DNA of 64,000 bases. Source: Lingula anatina. Taxonomy: Eukaryota; Animalia; Brachiopoda. Location of the stretch: NCBI GenBank assembly GCA_051362555.1, contig CM120640.1:25220225-25284224 (forward strand), given 5' to 3'. This document shows, one piece after another, positions 1 to 12,570 of the stretch. A program made the position numbers and the translations under genes. A model generated the notes under the pieces. The model made no database searches, was not told the DNA's origin, and was given only the letters and a program-made list of their open reading frames with translations. Positions within the stretch are counted from its first letter, which is position 1, and each line of letters opens with the position of its first letter.

Positions 1-2612
1 ATCCATTGTGTAACTCAGTGAGATATTCAAGAGGGTGGAGTTCTCTCACAGCTGATGTGCTTTAAGTTTTTCTTTAGTCAGATTGTTGGCCCACTAGACT
101 TTAATTTGATCAAAAGCTTTTTTTTTTGGCACATTTCATAACTGTGGTCTAAAAAAAGACCTTACAAATACTCTTCAGTCTTAGTAGCAAAAGATTTCAG
201 AGAAAACTTCTCTGGACAAGAAAAAATTTCCCTGTTTGTGAGCTTGCTTGGTATAGTCCCAGTTGGCATATTTGCCTCAGAAAAACCCAAATTAACTTTA
301 AAGCAATAATAACTCTTTGTTTTTGCCAAAAAATGAATTTTCCTGGAGTAAACATCAATTTTCCCATACTTACCAATGGTTAATGAATCCATTTTTACAT
401 TCAAAGACGGTCCCTGGTTTTTTTCTAAAAAGTTTGGTTTTTTGTTAAAATCTCTTAAGAGATTTTAACAGAGTATAGACATCAATGGAGGTCACGTGGT
501 CTAAAGACAAGTTCAGATATCAGAATAATAGTTATAACTGCTGTTTTTGTGGTAAAACAGAATATATTATATTTCTATGAGTTATTCACAGGGTTTTTAT
601 TGTAAAATATAGATCTCATACGAAGAGTTATTATCCCTTTAACATCAGTATCACTCATGTTAAAACTGCTCAAGGAAGGAAGACACCTTTTCTCATGTTG
701 TAGGAATCAAGAAAGCTAAATTGTTGTAATTGGACACTCCAGTCCACGCAGGTTTGGAAGATGTCTGTCTAGCTGGATGTAGAAAATGGCTCCAACTGCA
801 GAAACTAGGGCCTCATGCATCTCCTCAGCATTTGTTATATTGTGGCTTTCATTTACATACATGCCTTTCTACAACAGCCATCATTTCCACACTAGTTTCA
901 GTTTCTGCAAGACTTTGGACTCTTTTGCTGACCATAAGATCACTGTGTGTCAAATAACACTTCTCAAATATGCCTGAAATATAAATATAGCTTACTATAG
1001 ACACATGAAAACACTTATCTGAAAGTTAATTGATACATTGATGAAAAATAAATTATTATCCCATTTGTCCATGTTTTATAAGTAAGGCATGGTTTTGAAT
1101 ATTAATTATGATGAGCCTAGCAATTTTGCCAAGACCAGCCCTAGCTTCAATCTAATTCCAATTGTTACCCTTAAATTTATTTTACCCAAGTACCATTAAA
1201 CCTACATAAATACCCACACAAATATAGCTTAAAAGATAAAATTATCACAGGTCCTTAGGCTGCAATTTCATTATTTGAAAGGGGGCATTTTTCTTTTTAA
1301 AAAAATGGAGCGTTTACCATTAAAAAATTACACCTAGATCATTTTTCTGAGTGAACTTTTTTTCTGGATTTTAGCCTGTATAAAAATACAAACAAACCCG
1401 TTTCTTACCTGAACCAAGTGGCACAAGTGGCATCAGTATATTCAAATGGCTTTTTGTCTACACTGACATCTGCAAGTTAATCCCATGACATATTTCGTTA
1501 TAGGCTCGTTTTCCCCTGTGTGGATGGTTTCCAGCACAAACCAAGCCCATATCCCAGTGCTGGTCACATGGTGTAACCCATTTATTCTCCCAAAGATACT
1601 TGAAAAAGTCCAATTGCTGTCATCGGATACAAAAGAATTCACACCTGACAAGAATCAGTGTGCTTTCGTAACTCACGCTGTTTTGCTTCACGTAAACGCG
1701 ACGAAGATGACTGTTAATATCTCTGTTGCAATTTTTCAATACACTTCATGTTTTTTTATATCTGTAGACAGAGTATAAACCACATGATATACGACTTCGT
1801 TGAGGAAGATTTGTAAACAAACAGTCTGCGATTTCCGCCATGTTGGATAATGACGTTGTGTTGTTCTGACGTTAGTACATTAGTTCATTAGTTTCACATG
1901 GTTTTAAAATGTGTTAGATGCTTGTTTTAACCAGAAAAAAATTAGAATAGGTAAAATGAAAATAAAAAGTTCAACTAACAGTGTTTTAAACCATTCGTTG
2001 ACTTGAAAGAGATGGCTGAAGTTCAGTGCACCGATATACGTGTTCGGATATATTTACGAAAAATGAAGAAATTAGGTCATGTTCTATCTGTTACAACGGA
2101 CAAGTTGTAGAACAGCAGTAAGTTTTGATTTCATGTATAAATAGATTAATGAGTTATCTGTTAGTCCTGAACACGCTTTACCCCAAAGACCTGTGAAGAT
2201 GAAGATATTGTCAAAAATAGAAGGGGGGTGTTCAAAGCATGTGGTTTGTAGGCCTGAGAAAAACGCTTGGTTTGTTACCATGGAAACAAAGAGAGTGGAA
2301 AAAGTGTATATCATTTTAATCCCCTATCTTTAGGTTATAATATATCACCAAACTAAATCATTTGGTGACACCTGTATAAACTTTAAGGCCAATCAATATA
2401 ACCCTGTTTTTCAGAAGAATTTTTGGTTGATAAACCCCCCAAATTGTCACTGGCCATATCTCTGTAAGAAGGGATTTTTTTCAGGAAAAATTGCAGCCTC
2501 GGATATTGTTCATATAAAGGTTCAAACACACCAAATATGATGTAAATCCGTTCGCCCCCACCTTGCCGCATTTTCTACATTTGGTTTGGTTTTCTCGTGG
2601 ACACACACTTAA
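1..2612 (-). mobile_element. Decayed DNA transposon (tentatively Sola3-like), right part; extends beyond window start
   Basis: Ends at TTAA (2609-2612); the minus strand reads TTAA-GTGTGTGTCCACGAG into the element. A minus-strand ATG at 1841 starts MAEIADCLFTNLPQRSRISCG. Frameshifted, stop-containing segments follow: LKNCNRDINSHL..ESTLILVR, HPHRGKRAYNEICHGINLQMS, and MPLVPLGSG|IFEKC across a GT-AG intron at 974-1408. These resemble the Cys/His-rich N-terminus of TTAA-targeting invertebrate transposases. Family assignment is from memory, not a search. Confidence 0.5.
298..642. mobile_element. Kolobok-type MITE, copy 1 (nested in the decayed transposon)
   Basis: TTAA at 298-301 and 639-642. 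Termini are AGCAATAATAACTCTTT (degenerate) and GAAGAGTTATTATCCCT. A near-identical inverted copy lies at 38248-38606. Confidence 0.85.
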
Positions 2613-2721
2613 ATAGCTACAGATAGGATAATTATATACTGTATATATTTTACTTATTATTTATATTTATAATAAACCTTCCACTATTAGAATTTTTAAA
2701 TTTTTTTTTCATAATTTTCAG

Positions 2722-4521
2722 AAAGCACTTCATTAGTCATCAGGCATTAACAGAACACTTTCGCAGTAAACCACACAAAAGGCGGTAAGTAGAGTGCCTT
2801 TTAATATTGGTGTCTGCTTATCATAATATTAGTTCTTAACCACACCAATATGAAATGTCTCATTTATGGAATGCCGTTTGTACAAAAAAGATGAAAGTAT
2901 CATTTTGATCAGAAAAAATTTTTTGCAAGGTGCTCACATCATTTTGAGATCGTCACTTTCATCATTTTGACAAGAAATTATATTTATTTGCAAGTTGCTA
3001 ACATCATTTTGAGAGAAAAGTATTTTCTACAAAGTCGTTTTATCATTTTGCAAGTCGAGTTTATCGTTTTGAGATACTGACATGCTTTGTGTGAGATGAT
3101 GCAATACCAGGGGTCGTCTCATATTAAACGGCGGGGAAAAGGAACTAACGCATCAAGGACTGGTTCCCGGTTCACCGTCAACAAAAAGTTGTTAGTGCCT
3201 GGCCACAAGCCTTATAATTACCCCTTCGTCTCTGAATTTGGCCTTCAGGTGTCCCAAATCAGCTTCCTCCAGGATTTGATCTATATCTACCGCTTTGTGG
3301 CCTGGCAGTGGCACTAACAACTATTTGTTCATGAATGGTGGGGCAAAGTGATCTCCATTTCGTCAGAAAATGAAAAAACAGCCTTTATTTTCATTTGATA
3401 AATGGTGAAAATGAAATAACAAATCAGCCCCGATTTTCCTTTTTCCTTTCAAAATTGGAAAACGAGATTATTTTTCGTTTTTTTTTTCCCACTTTTTTGA
3501 CATAATAAAAACAAAAATGACAGATTTCCAAACGTGATAGAAAATAGAAACATCCACTTATTTCCCATGTCTAGAGAGTGAAAAATATTACAAAATACGC
3601 CCCTTTCTGCTTCTGTGAAGAAATGAGATATCGAAACATCCACGTCCGTTTTCCATTTTCATTCAAAAAATGAAAATCAGAAAAACGAACGGACTTCCGT
3701 TTTACTATTTGAATCAAAAATTGAATAATGAACACTTTTTGATCCTGTCATTTCCTCAAAGACAGAGATAAAAGGGTATTTTATAATTTATTTCACCTTT
3801 TAAACACAAGAAAGCACGAAAACGGTCGATATTCATATTTTCTATCACATCGGGGATCTGTTAATGTTGTATTTTGCATTTTATGGTAAAACATAGAAAA
3901 CGAGGGCAATTTGCATTTTTTCATTTTTCATTTTTAATGGAAAAACAAAAATTGAGTTTCATTTTCCATTACATGTTGGCCATTTCTATCAAATGGAAAT
4001 GAAAAACGGCCGTTTTTTCATTTTCCCATGACATGGAAATCACTTTGCTCCCCCCCCCCCCCCCATTCTGTTTGCCCCCTATACATGGACCCCTAGATGC
4101 GTTATTTCCTTTTCCGACCAATTTTTATGAGACGACCCCTGGTATTGCATCATTTCGTGCAAAGCATGTCGGTATCTCAAAACGATAAACTCGACATGCA
4201 AAATGATAAAACGACTTTGTAAAAAATACTTTTCTCGTCAAAATGATACTTTCATCATTTTTGTACAAACGGCGTTCCATACTCATTGGCCACACTGTTT
4301 GACATATAGCACCACATGTTTATGATGTTTATTTTACAGAATGATGCCCTCTTATATTTCATTTCAGATTAAAAGCCTTGCAGACAGAGCCATACACACA
4401 AGCAGAAGCGGACAGGGCTGCAGGAATGGGGTCTTACATGTCACCCAAGAAAGTTAAAGTTGATACAGTTAGTAAAATGGGAAATAAAATGGACCAATCA
4501 GAAGATGTTGAACCCAGCTGA
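2722..4521 (+). CDS. ZNF593: Zinc finger protein 593 / Bud20 homolog (60S ribosome biogenesis), last two coding exons
   Basis: Exons 2722-2784 ([20 protein letters not shown]) and 4368-4521 ([29 protein letters not shown]...EPS*) have canonical AG/GT sites and compatible phases. They match the conserved [24 protein letters not shown] motif. The exon carrying the CxxC half of the zinc finger was not found in the window. Confidence 0.9.
2865..4281. mobile_element. Non-autonomous TIR DNA transposon, IS3EU-like, in ZNF593 intron
   Basis: Termini are TATGGAATGCCGTTTGTACA and TGTACAAACGGCGTTCCATA. A 6-bp target duplication CTCATT flanks it (2859-2864 / 4282-4287). The long imperfect TIRs are built from ATCATTTTG sub-repeats. 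TAY..RTA ends plus a 6-bp TSD match the IS3EU signature. Confidence 0.8.
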
Positions 4522-6216
4522 ATCTCTGGTATCTTCCTTAATCACTGGGTGCCAAGTCTTAAATTAATTATTGATACATGCATATGAACATTCAAACTTA
4601 GAATGGATACTTAATGAGAGATAACAGCCCCAGAAATGAAAATTGGATGTATTAGATTGTAGTTTCTATGGTCATGTGCATTTTCTCTGATTCACCCCTT
4701 AAAGATTAAAAAAATTAAAATTATCAAAAGAGAATTTGGAAAGAATTTTGATTATTTATTGACAATTATAATTTGTGTATGGAGATCCGTTTTTTTTCAG
4801 TAGCAGAATTAAAACAATAAACTGGTTCTGAACATTGCTTACAAAGTATTTTTGTGTACATGTTGCAATCTCCTGTGTTTGGCCATGCAGTCATGCGGAT
4901 TTCTTGTTGTCAAGATATATAAGAAAAAAGTTTTGTAATCAGTTTGTTTCAAACTCCCTGTGGTTACTAATTGGCCTTAAATGCAGTTAAGATCAAAATG
5001 AAATATTAATTTTGGCCTTGTTGACACTGTATCAAAGAAATGGTGTTTGTTTGTGCTGAACCCTGCAGGGACAACTGTTGTGCCAAAAGTGCAAGTTGGG
5101 TTTAAAAACAGGCACAAATTTCTCAAAAAATTTTTATCGGTACTTTTTCTTTTAAGTTATAAAAATGTCTTTTGTCTTGTTTTGCATTAAATTTTCCTTC
5201 ATTACGGACCTCTTACCAATCTGAAAGAAGGAATACATGCTTTCTTTCAAACTTCTTTTATCATATTCCAGTGCTTTATTATAGGTGCAATTATTCAGTG
5301 TATGGGATTCTTTCAAAATTAAAATGAACTATTTTGTATCCTATTCAGTATTGATGCAGGTACTTGCATATACTTTTTGTTTGACTATCTGATCAAGTTT
5401 ATTTCAATTAGAAATATATACAGATTGATCTTTTCACGTACGTAATTTCTATGCATTGACATCATTCCTCTTTTACCCCTTTTGCCCATATCACATTAAC
5501 CAATACTGCTACTATGATAAAAATGTAACAAGATTGTAAACTTATTGAAGATTTATTCAATAAAAATAATAACAATGAAAAGCTTCTTTCTATTTCTTTC
5601 ACATGTATCATCAGTCAATATATTTTGAAAGAAAAGAAGTTTTTATGTACAGACTGCGTCTGTACATAAAATGTACTGCATCTGTACATATAGATGTCAC
5701 CTGTTTATTTTTAGTAGTCTGTAGTGATCACCATCATATGTTGTTATCTGCAATGCTAGATGTGCATAATTCTCCTTCACTTTGGGTACTATTTTCTACA
5801 TACATGTACATGTAGTTGTACTTTTTTGATGGCAAACTTTGTTTATTACTTCAGAAGAACTTTTTGAGTTAAAAGTTCCATAATACTCTGACATGTTTTA
5901 GCATCTCAAGTTATAAATACAAGGTAGACCTTTTCTTTAAAATAGCTTGGTATTGTCATTTAACCTTAATTGGTCATTATCACAATGATTCTGAACAAGT
6001 TTGATGTTTTGTAGAGAAAAGCTTGATCCTTTCATCTACAAAAATTTAAGCACAAAGCAATTCTGATCAATCAATCTGGAAAAAGTGAAAAGTTTACATT
6101 GCTGAAAGGAATGTTTCACAAAAAGAGTTATGAAATATAATCCATGTAAATTCTATTATGCCCTCTTAAAAAGTCTTCCAGTCCTAAGTCAAAGCTTTCA
6201 AGTTGTTTGTTGTTAC

Positions 6217-9200
6217 TTATTTCACAGACCATTGTTTGTGCCACTGAGATGTTTGGGTCGGCTTGCCTTGTAATTGACACTTCTTCTTTTTTGGACAGTA
6301 ACAGCATGCCCTGCAATATATATTAAAAAAAAAACTTGTCAGGTCATCACTAAGTAAGAGTAAAGGCATGAATCTGTTTCAAGAATATTTCAATGCGTTG
6401 GTGAGCAGAGGAGGGGATACAAAATATCTTTTGGACCATTCTTGGCATGTTAGTTCTGCCAGTGCTAAGAAATACTAAATACACTTTGGTCTTGTAAATC
6501 ACAGTAACTTGCAGTCATTGTGCTTTATCTTAACTTTAACAGTAACTTTATCTTCATAATTAGACTTTGAACTGATGTTTGGTGTGCTGTTGAATCTTGG
6601 GTCCTGCGCAACAGGGAGTTCAATGTATCTAACTGAAATATTATATGTATGACGTGAATAACACACATCCCACAGTTTAGCTCATGAAAATTAACACAGG
6701 CCCATAGGAAGGTGGATTAAATATAACGATATCTTGTTCACTTACCATGTGGGTTGATGGTTCATTATATATGGCACAAGCTCATGATCTGAAGTACAAA
6801 ATCAGATAAGAAAAAAATGTGACAACTAAAGAAGAATATCAATATCAATCTTAAAATTCTGTTTGAATCTTTACATGCTACACTTTGGTACTATTTCTAA
6901 ATCTTGTTTTGCTTTCACGCATTAAAAATATCTTTTAATGTTTTACAGGTAATTACATAAATATATCACAATTATAAAGCACTTTATATGTGTAGTATGA
7001 CAGCTTAGGATTGTACCTTTATGACAAACCTCCATGCATGGCCGACAAACCCCTGAAATGACAATGATTAATTTTCTTAAATCTCTAACGAAATGAATTT
7101 GAGGGAAAGTCTTTAAACAAAATCCAGTGTTTACATTTTCATAAATAATCATAATGAAATGTGTCCAAGTGCATAAAAGCTCTCACTGTCAAATAATTGC
7201 AAAAAGTCACCTTTAGATAAAATGGCAGACAACAGTAAATGTAAATGCACAACTTCTGTCAAGTTGACATAGCTTAGCTTTGTGTGTACTACTAGTAGTG
7301 TTTTATTAATTAATAAACCACATAATGTCATGGAGAGCTATCTCCACCTCTATGGTCCTGTCCACTGTCTCTGGACAAGCAGGAACCAGTGGCATGGATG
7401 GTTAGAAACCGACTGAACTGAATAGTGCCCAAAGTCTTTTTATCAATCTTACCCATTTTTTCTTTGGCTGAATTGCTGCTTGAAAATCAATACAAGAAGC
7501 TGCAAGACTCTAAAGTTACTATCCTATAATGTTCTGTAGTGGGTGATACATGTTCCACAGTTTAAATAATTTTTATGCATATTAAACTAGGTCAAGTCTT
7601 CAAACATCATACTTACAATTGATACCACATTCTTTGCAAGAGAAATAGTCCACTTTGTAGACCTTGTTGGCCTCAAAATTTACTGAAAAGCACTGTTTTG
7701 GTAGATCACTTTTACAATGGACACTACCATACACCACTATTGTGCTTTTTGGTTTCTGAAAGATAGCATATGTTTTTAAAGTTGACTAGTCTGACACCCA
7801 GCTGAGATTTTTAAGTAAGACTTATTTGTCCCTTTGAACAGATAAAGTATATGTATAGAAATGAAATAAAATTGGGAAAGTCTCATAATTTCAATAATAC
7901 TGGCTCTTTATTTTGCTAATATTTTTTTAGCCATGGAGGACCATCAGTTACTCTGATTATATGTATGTAATCAAAGGTGTTTTCTGAACTCTGTTTTCTA
8001 AAAACAGACTGATGAAGTGTTACAAAATAAGCTCTAAAAAAGTATTTTCTAAATTTTATTACGTATTAACAACAGTTGAGTTACATTCCCAATTTCAAAT
8101 AAAAACACCTGTCTAAGAATAGTGAAAATCACACACCAAACCATAACGAAGTATCAGGCGGGTGTCATCTTCTAGTAATGTCACATCTGGTAGAGAGATG
8201 CCACCTGCTTCTATGCTCTGAACCTTCTGTGTCATCTCATCTATGCTGTATTTTGAAAATGGCCTGGAAGTGCAATAAGCAACAGAAGAAGTAATGCAAG
8301 GCATATTAATTTATACATGAATCTTCAAAATATAGTTTGAGGACTTTTAAAGGTTATGACATATTATTTTTTACCTATAAATTAAAACAAAATCATTGGA
8401 TGACATCATGCCTAAGAAATTTTGCACATATTTGGATATTTACTAATCATAATGTTATGTTTGAACCCTACATTTGTTTTATAATGGTGTGATGATACTC
8501 ACCCAAAGCAAAAATATTTTACGTTTTCACCAAAAGCGATGATGTCATCACCCTCAGCTTCCATGTGTGATTTAAGATAGTCAGTAACCTCTTTCAAACT
8601 GCAATATGTAAAGAAAACAAGAGTTCATTTTTCATCTATCCATGGTGCCAGCAGCCATCAGAGTAATCAAAAATTGACAGGTTTCTACTAGCAACATCCT
8701 AACTGTTACAGATTTTCTTTATGTTGACTTACCTGTCACTTGGTTTTAGCATGACATCTTTCACAGTGACATTTTTGCACAAAATACATAGAGAGATCTT
8801 TATTGGTAGAACAGTCAGGTCTGGGATGTGCTCTGTAAGATACCTAAAATAAATTTGACCCCAATTTTACAAAATTTCTTGGCGAGACACCTTGAAAACA
8901 TACATGTGTAGGTGTACATGGTCAGACTACATGTTCACAGGGGTGGATCCAGGCAGTCTTCCAAATTATCATTGTTGATCCATCCTCCATTTTTGACCGT
9001 CTTCCAATAGAAAAAAGTTAGATGCCCCTCAATATTAACTTGAAAATTTCAGATCGTTTTTGGAAGACCCAGAAGATGGCCTCTTTCCTCTCCTGTGTTC
9101 ACCTATCAAGAACAACATGCTTTTCCACATACACATATGAATGTGTACATGTATATGATCAGATATACATTACATGTACAACTATCAAGAACAATGTGAA

Positions 9201-12200
9201 AGTTTAAATGTTTTGCCACATCCACATATGCATGCATACAGGAGTTTTTAAGCTACAAAACTATAACTGTAAAATATTATTTTGTGATAAATCACAGTCA
9301 ATACTTTAATAATTATTATGAAATGCATCCATCTTTAATTAAACCAACATCTTGAAATGGTTTTATTCTTGCTAATGATCATAGGTACATCCCCTAACTA
9401 TTTACCTATCATAAGCTGTAGCCACCATCTGTGAGCACTCAGACAATTCTTGGTCTAATTCTTCCTGATGCCTCTGGTAGTTCTGACTCAAATCTGCTAT
9501 TTGGTGTTCCAGTTCTACAAAGGGAAATCCCATTACTTTCACAACTCGATTGTATGGGATAAAACAAAATACTTCTTTAACTTTTACCTAGGATATTGGT
9601 AAGCTGTAACTAAACATGTAATTGCTTCTCTCAGATTATTCTGTGTGTCTAGTTTGTACAGTCTTCCCCATTGCATCATGGATCAGAGATATGTTATGTA
9701 GTCATAGATATCAATTATTAGCATCTCACCATCATCTGTTAGCCCCTGCATTTTAGCTTCTTCTATCAATCTTTGGTGGTCAGCATCCAGCTGGGCCAGC
9801 TTCTGCTTATGCTCACGTTTTAATTCCTGACAAAAAGTGGGATATGATAGACTTAATTTTGATTGGCAAAGGAAATATATATATTTTATTAGTACATAAT
9901 CAGCATAGATTATAATTGCATATTTATAAAGTTGTGGTCTGATAAAACGATGGCACGCTAAGCACAGGAGTAAATAAGACCTGCATAATTTCTTGCACTA
10001 TAGCACACATCCTCACCTGATAATATCTTTCATGTGCCACCAAACTCTTCTTTACATGGCCTGAAATAATTATCAAATGATGGTTTTAATAAGTACATGT
10101 AAAAACTTCATCAGACAATGTCAATTAATAAAATCTGTACAATTCCAAGCAAACAGTAGAGAGGAAGAAACACTAATTATACTGACAATAAAAAAAAAAA
10201 TTATGATAAAAAAGGATTATTTTTTCGCTAATGCCATTCAAAATGGATTATTGTTGGAGTTTGCTCACTGAATTTATCAATTACCATTTAATACTGTTTT
10301 CTAAATTTTGTCAAGCATGTGTGAAATATGGCAAAATTGTGTCCTGGTCTTGGAAAAAGTGATTGACGGTATTTGTTGGGTGTGGCATGTGAAAAACATT
10401 GAAACATATGCAAAGTTGTAAAATATCACATTGTAAGATTTTACAACATGGTTAGTGGTGGGAAATACATGAAAAAATTCCATTTCCCCTTAAATGTGTT
10501 TACCCATTCAAAATTACTCACTTTTCAGAACATTTTCAACTGGTGAAAAACTAGATGGGCTTTCTTCTTGGTTAGTTTCAGCAGCTGCAATGTAGTTTTT
10601 TAATCACAAGTAAAATAATAACTTTTGTCAAAAAATCATATATTCATAAACAAATGAGTCCTGCACGAATTACAATAAAATAATTGTTAAAAGTGACAGC
10701 CAGAAAGTTTCTTCACAAAATCACATATGCATATATATTCTGTTTCATCAAATAACTGTTCATAGATTCCTTATCAACATACTTTTGTGTTATAATACTA
10801 GATCATGGCATAGCATCTCTTACCTTTATTGATAAGGATATCAAAATACTTTTTCTCTGCTTTTTCCCTTTCACTGTTAAACAAACCTGTTGAAATAAAA
10901 TTAAATACAGAGACTTGGTAAAAAAATTCACAATGACATTGTTAACATACTGATAATTTAACCTGTTTCATATCATAAAAAGACTGAATGTCTGCATTTC
11001 TACTCACAAACAAGTTCATCATACTGATGATCTCTTATCAAATCATTTACTCGGATCCTGTTGTTGCAACATGGACACTTGTGCCGCCTGTTCACACATT
11101 CTTTGATACAATCCCCACAATAACGGTGTCCGCAGGGGGTCAAGTGGCTGTCCTTCATCTGTGACATACACACTGCACAGATAAAGTGGTCACTCAAAGA
11201 TTGGACCTGGAAAATCATTATATAAATGCCAGTTATATTTATGTTTGTGCATGGACACGTGTGTTGTATATGTGTGTGTGAATTATGCCTAGGGAGCTTT
11301 TTTTTAGGTGGGTGGCATCTCTGAATACATTTCAATCCAGTTAACCCAGATTGCCACATTCTCAATAATCATAGTAAATTGAGACAATAATTTCATACCT
11401 AAGTCACAATATGACAGTGACATATTGGGTTTATTTATGATCCGGACAAAATAGGGCCTTGTTGATTGTTGATAACTTTGTAAAAAAAGGCATGCTTGCA
11501 CTAGTAGGTTTTCAACAGAAAGACAGCAGCAATCAATAATTTTCTATTGTAACATTGGAGAAAAGATTATCTGTGTTGAATGACTGCTGTATATCAGCTT
11601 CCTAACTTTTCTACGACAGAAAACGTCTTGTGAACAATTTATATGTGTAGTTCTTTTCCTTTATTTCTTCCTTTGAGGTTTCATTGCCCTTGGTCTTACT
11701 TCATCATTTGTTTAACTTGTTTAAACAGTATATCATGTATACAGTAATATCATACACATTTATTATTTTACTCTTTATATTTATTCCACTTACTATATTA
11801 ATTCCAACTGTACTAGCTGTCTGTATAATACTAGTATACATCATTATCATATTAACATATTTAATTGCTAAATTTAGACGTAAGGACAACACATTTCCGC
11901 TTAGACGATTAAATATACTTTTCTATTGTTAAATAATGCAACAATATTTTTCAAAGAAATGTACTAGTAAACACGAACTCATAAATTTTACGTGATAGTG
12001 ATGATTCATGTAAAAGACCAAAAGGAGATTTAGAACTAAGACTCGAGTATTACTCGTAACATTTCTGGTCACCAGGATCATGATACACAAGGGTATCAAG
12101 CAAAATACATATCACGTGCTATTAGGATTATTACTCTACTCTATGAATGAAAAAAGAGCTACGTTATATAAATACCGGAATGACAAGTGGGAGATCGTCA

Positions 12201-12211
12201 CACTCAGCCAT
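6217..12211 (-). CDS. RING-HC finger + coiled-coil + C-terminal UBR-box-like zinc finger protein (putative E3 ubiquitin ligase), ~418 aa, 14 exons
   Basis: Phase-consistent GT-AG exons: 12211-12176, 11206-11008, 10886-10824, 10584-10522, 10060-10017, 9826-9730, 9514-9406, 8843-8733, 8598-8503, 8263-8137, 7755-7617, 7052-7017, 6788-6746, 6310-6217 (1257 nt in total). RING: CAVC..CGHRYCGDC..CPCC. C-terminus: YFSCKECGINWVCRPCMEVCHKDHELVPYIMNHQPTWACCYCPKKKKC. Confidence 0.88.
8938..9095. mobile_element. Small hAT-like MITE with CAGGGG terminus
   Basis: Starts CAGGGGTGGATCCAGG and ends with a degenerate CTCCTG. Flanked by a direct TGTTCA (8932-8937 / 9096-9101). The same terminal motif occurs at 20942 and 22362. 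Confidence 0.5.
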
Positions 12212-12570
12212 GTTGTTTAGGACTCAACAAAAATACCACATAAGGAAAGGCATATCACATGACCAGTCATGTGATTTCTTATTGCTGACGTAGTTGGTTA
12301 ACATGCAGCTAAATTGACTTTATGATAAAATGGTTTCGTAAAACAATTGACATAATATTACAAAAAATAAGAGTTTCAAAGTGCTCAACATGTATATTAA
12401 AAATGAATTATATATTCGTAAAGTTATCATCTTTTTGTGATATCTTTTATGTATATATATGGACTCATACTTTACAACAAATAAATAAAATTATTCATTC
12501 GCGACTTTGTATGGGCGCGGAGAAAAATGAAAACAATTAAAAACAGAAGCACTTTCGAGTAGCTGGTGGT
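12212..12570. promoter_or_regulatory. Bidirectional promoter between the RING-UBR gene and the CCPG1-like gene
   Basis: Lies between the minus-strand ATG at 12211 and a plus-strand putative non-coding exon ending GGTG|GTAAGA at ~12568. Contains the palindrome ATCACATGAC-CA-GTCATGTGAT (12254-12275) and TGACGTA (12286-12292). Confidence 0.6.

Noticed and set aside
162-404. ORF MNVKMDSLTIGKYGK.. that recurs at 38419-38628
   Set aside because: The shared peptide comes from the non-coding MITE present at both places, not from a duplicated gene.
6520-6603. Possible alternative last exon of the RING-UBR gene (acceptor GCGCAG at ~6603)
   Set aside because: It has a weak polypyrimidine tract and would truncate the Cys cluster. 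There is no supporting evidence.
11684-11932. Hydrophobic ORF resembling a membrane protein
   Set aside because: AT-rich intron 1 of the RING gene. The hydrophobicity reflects base composition.
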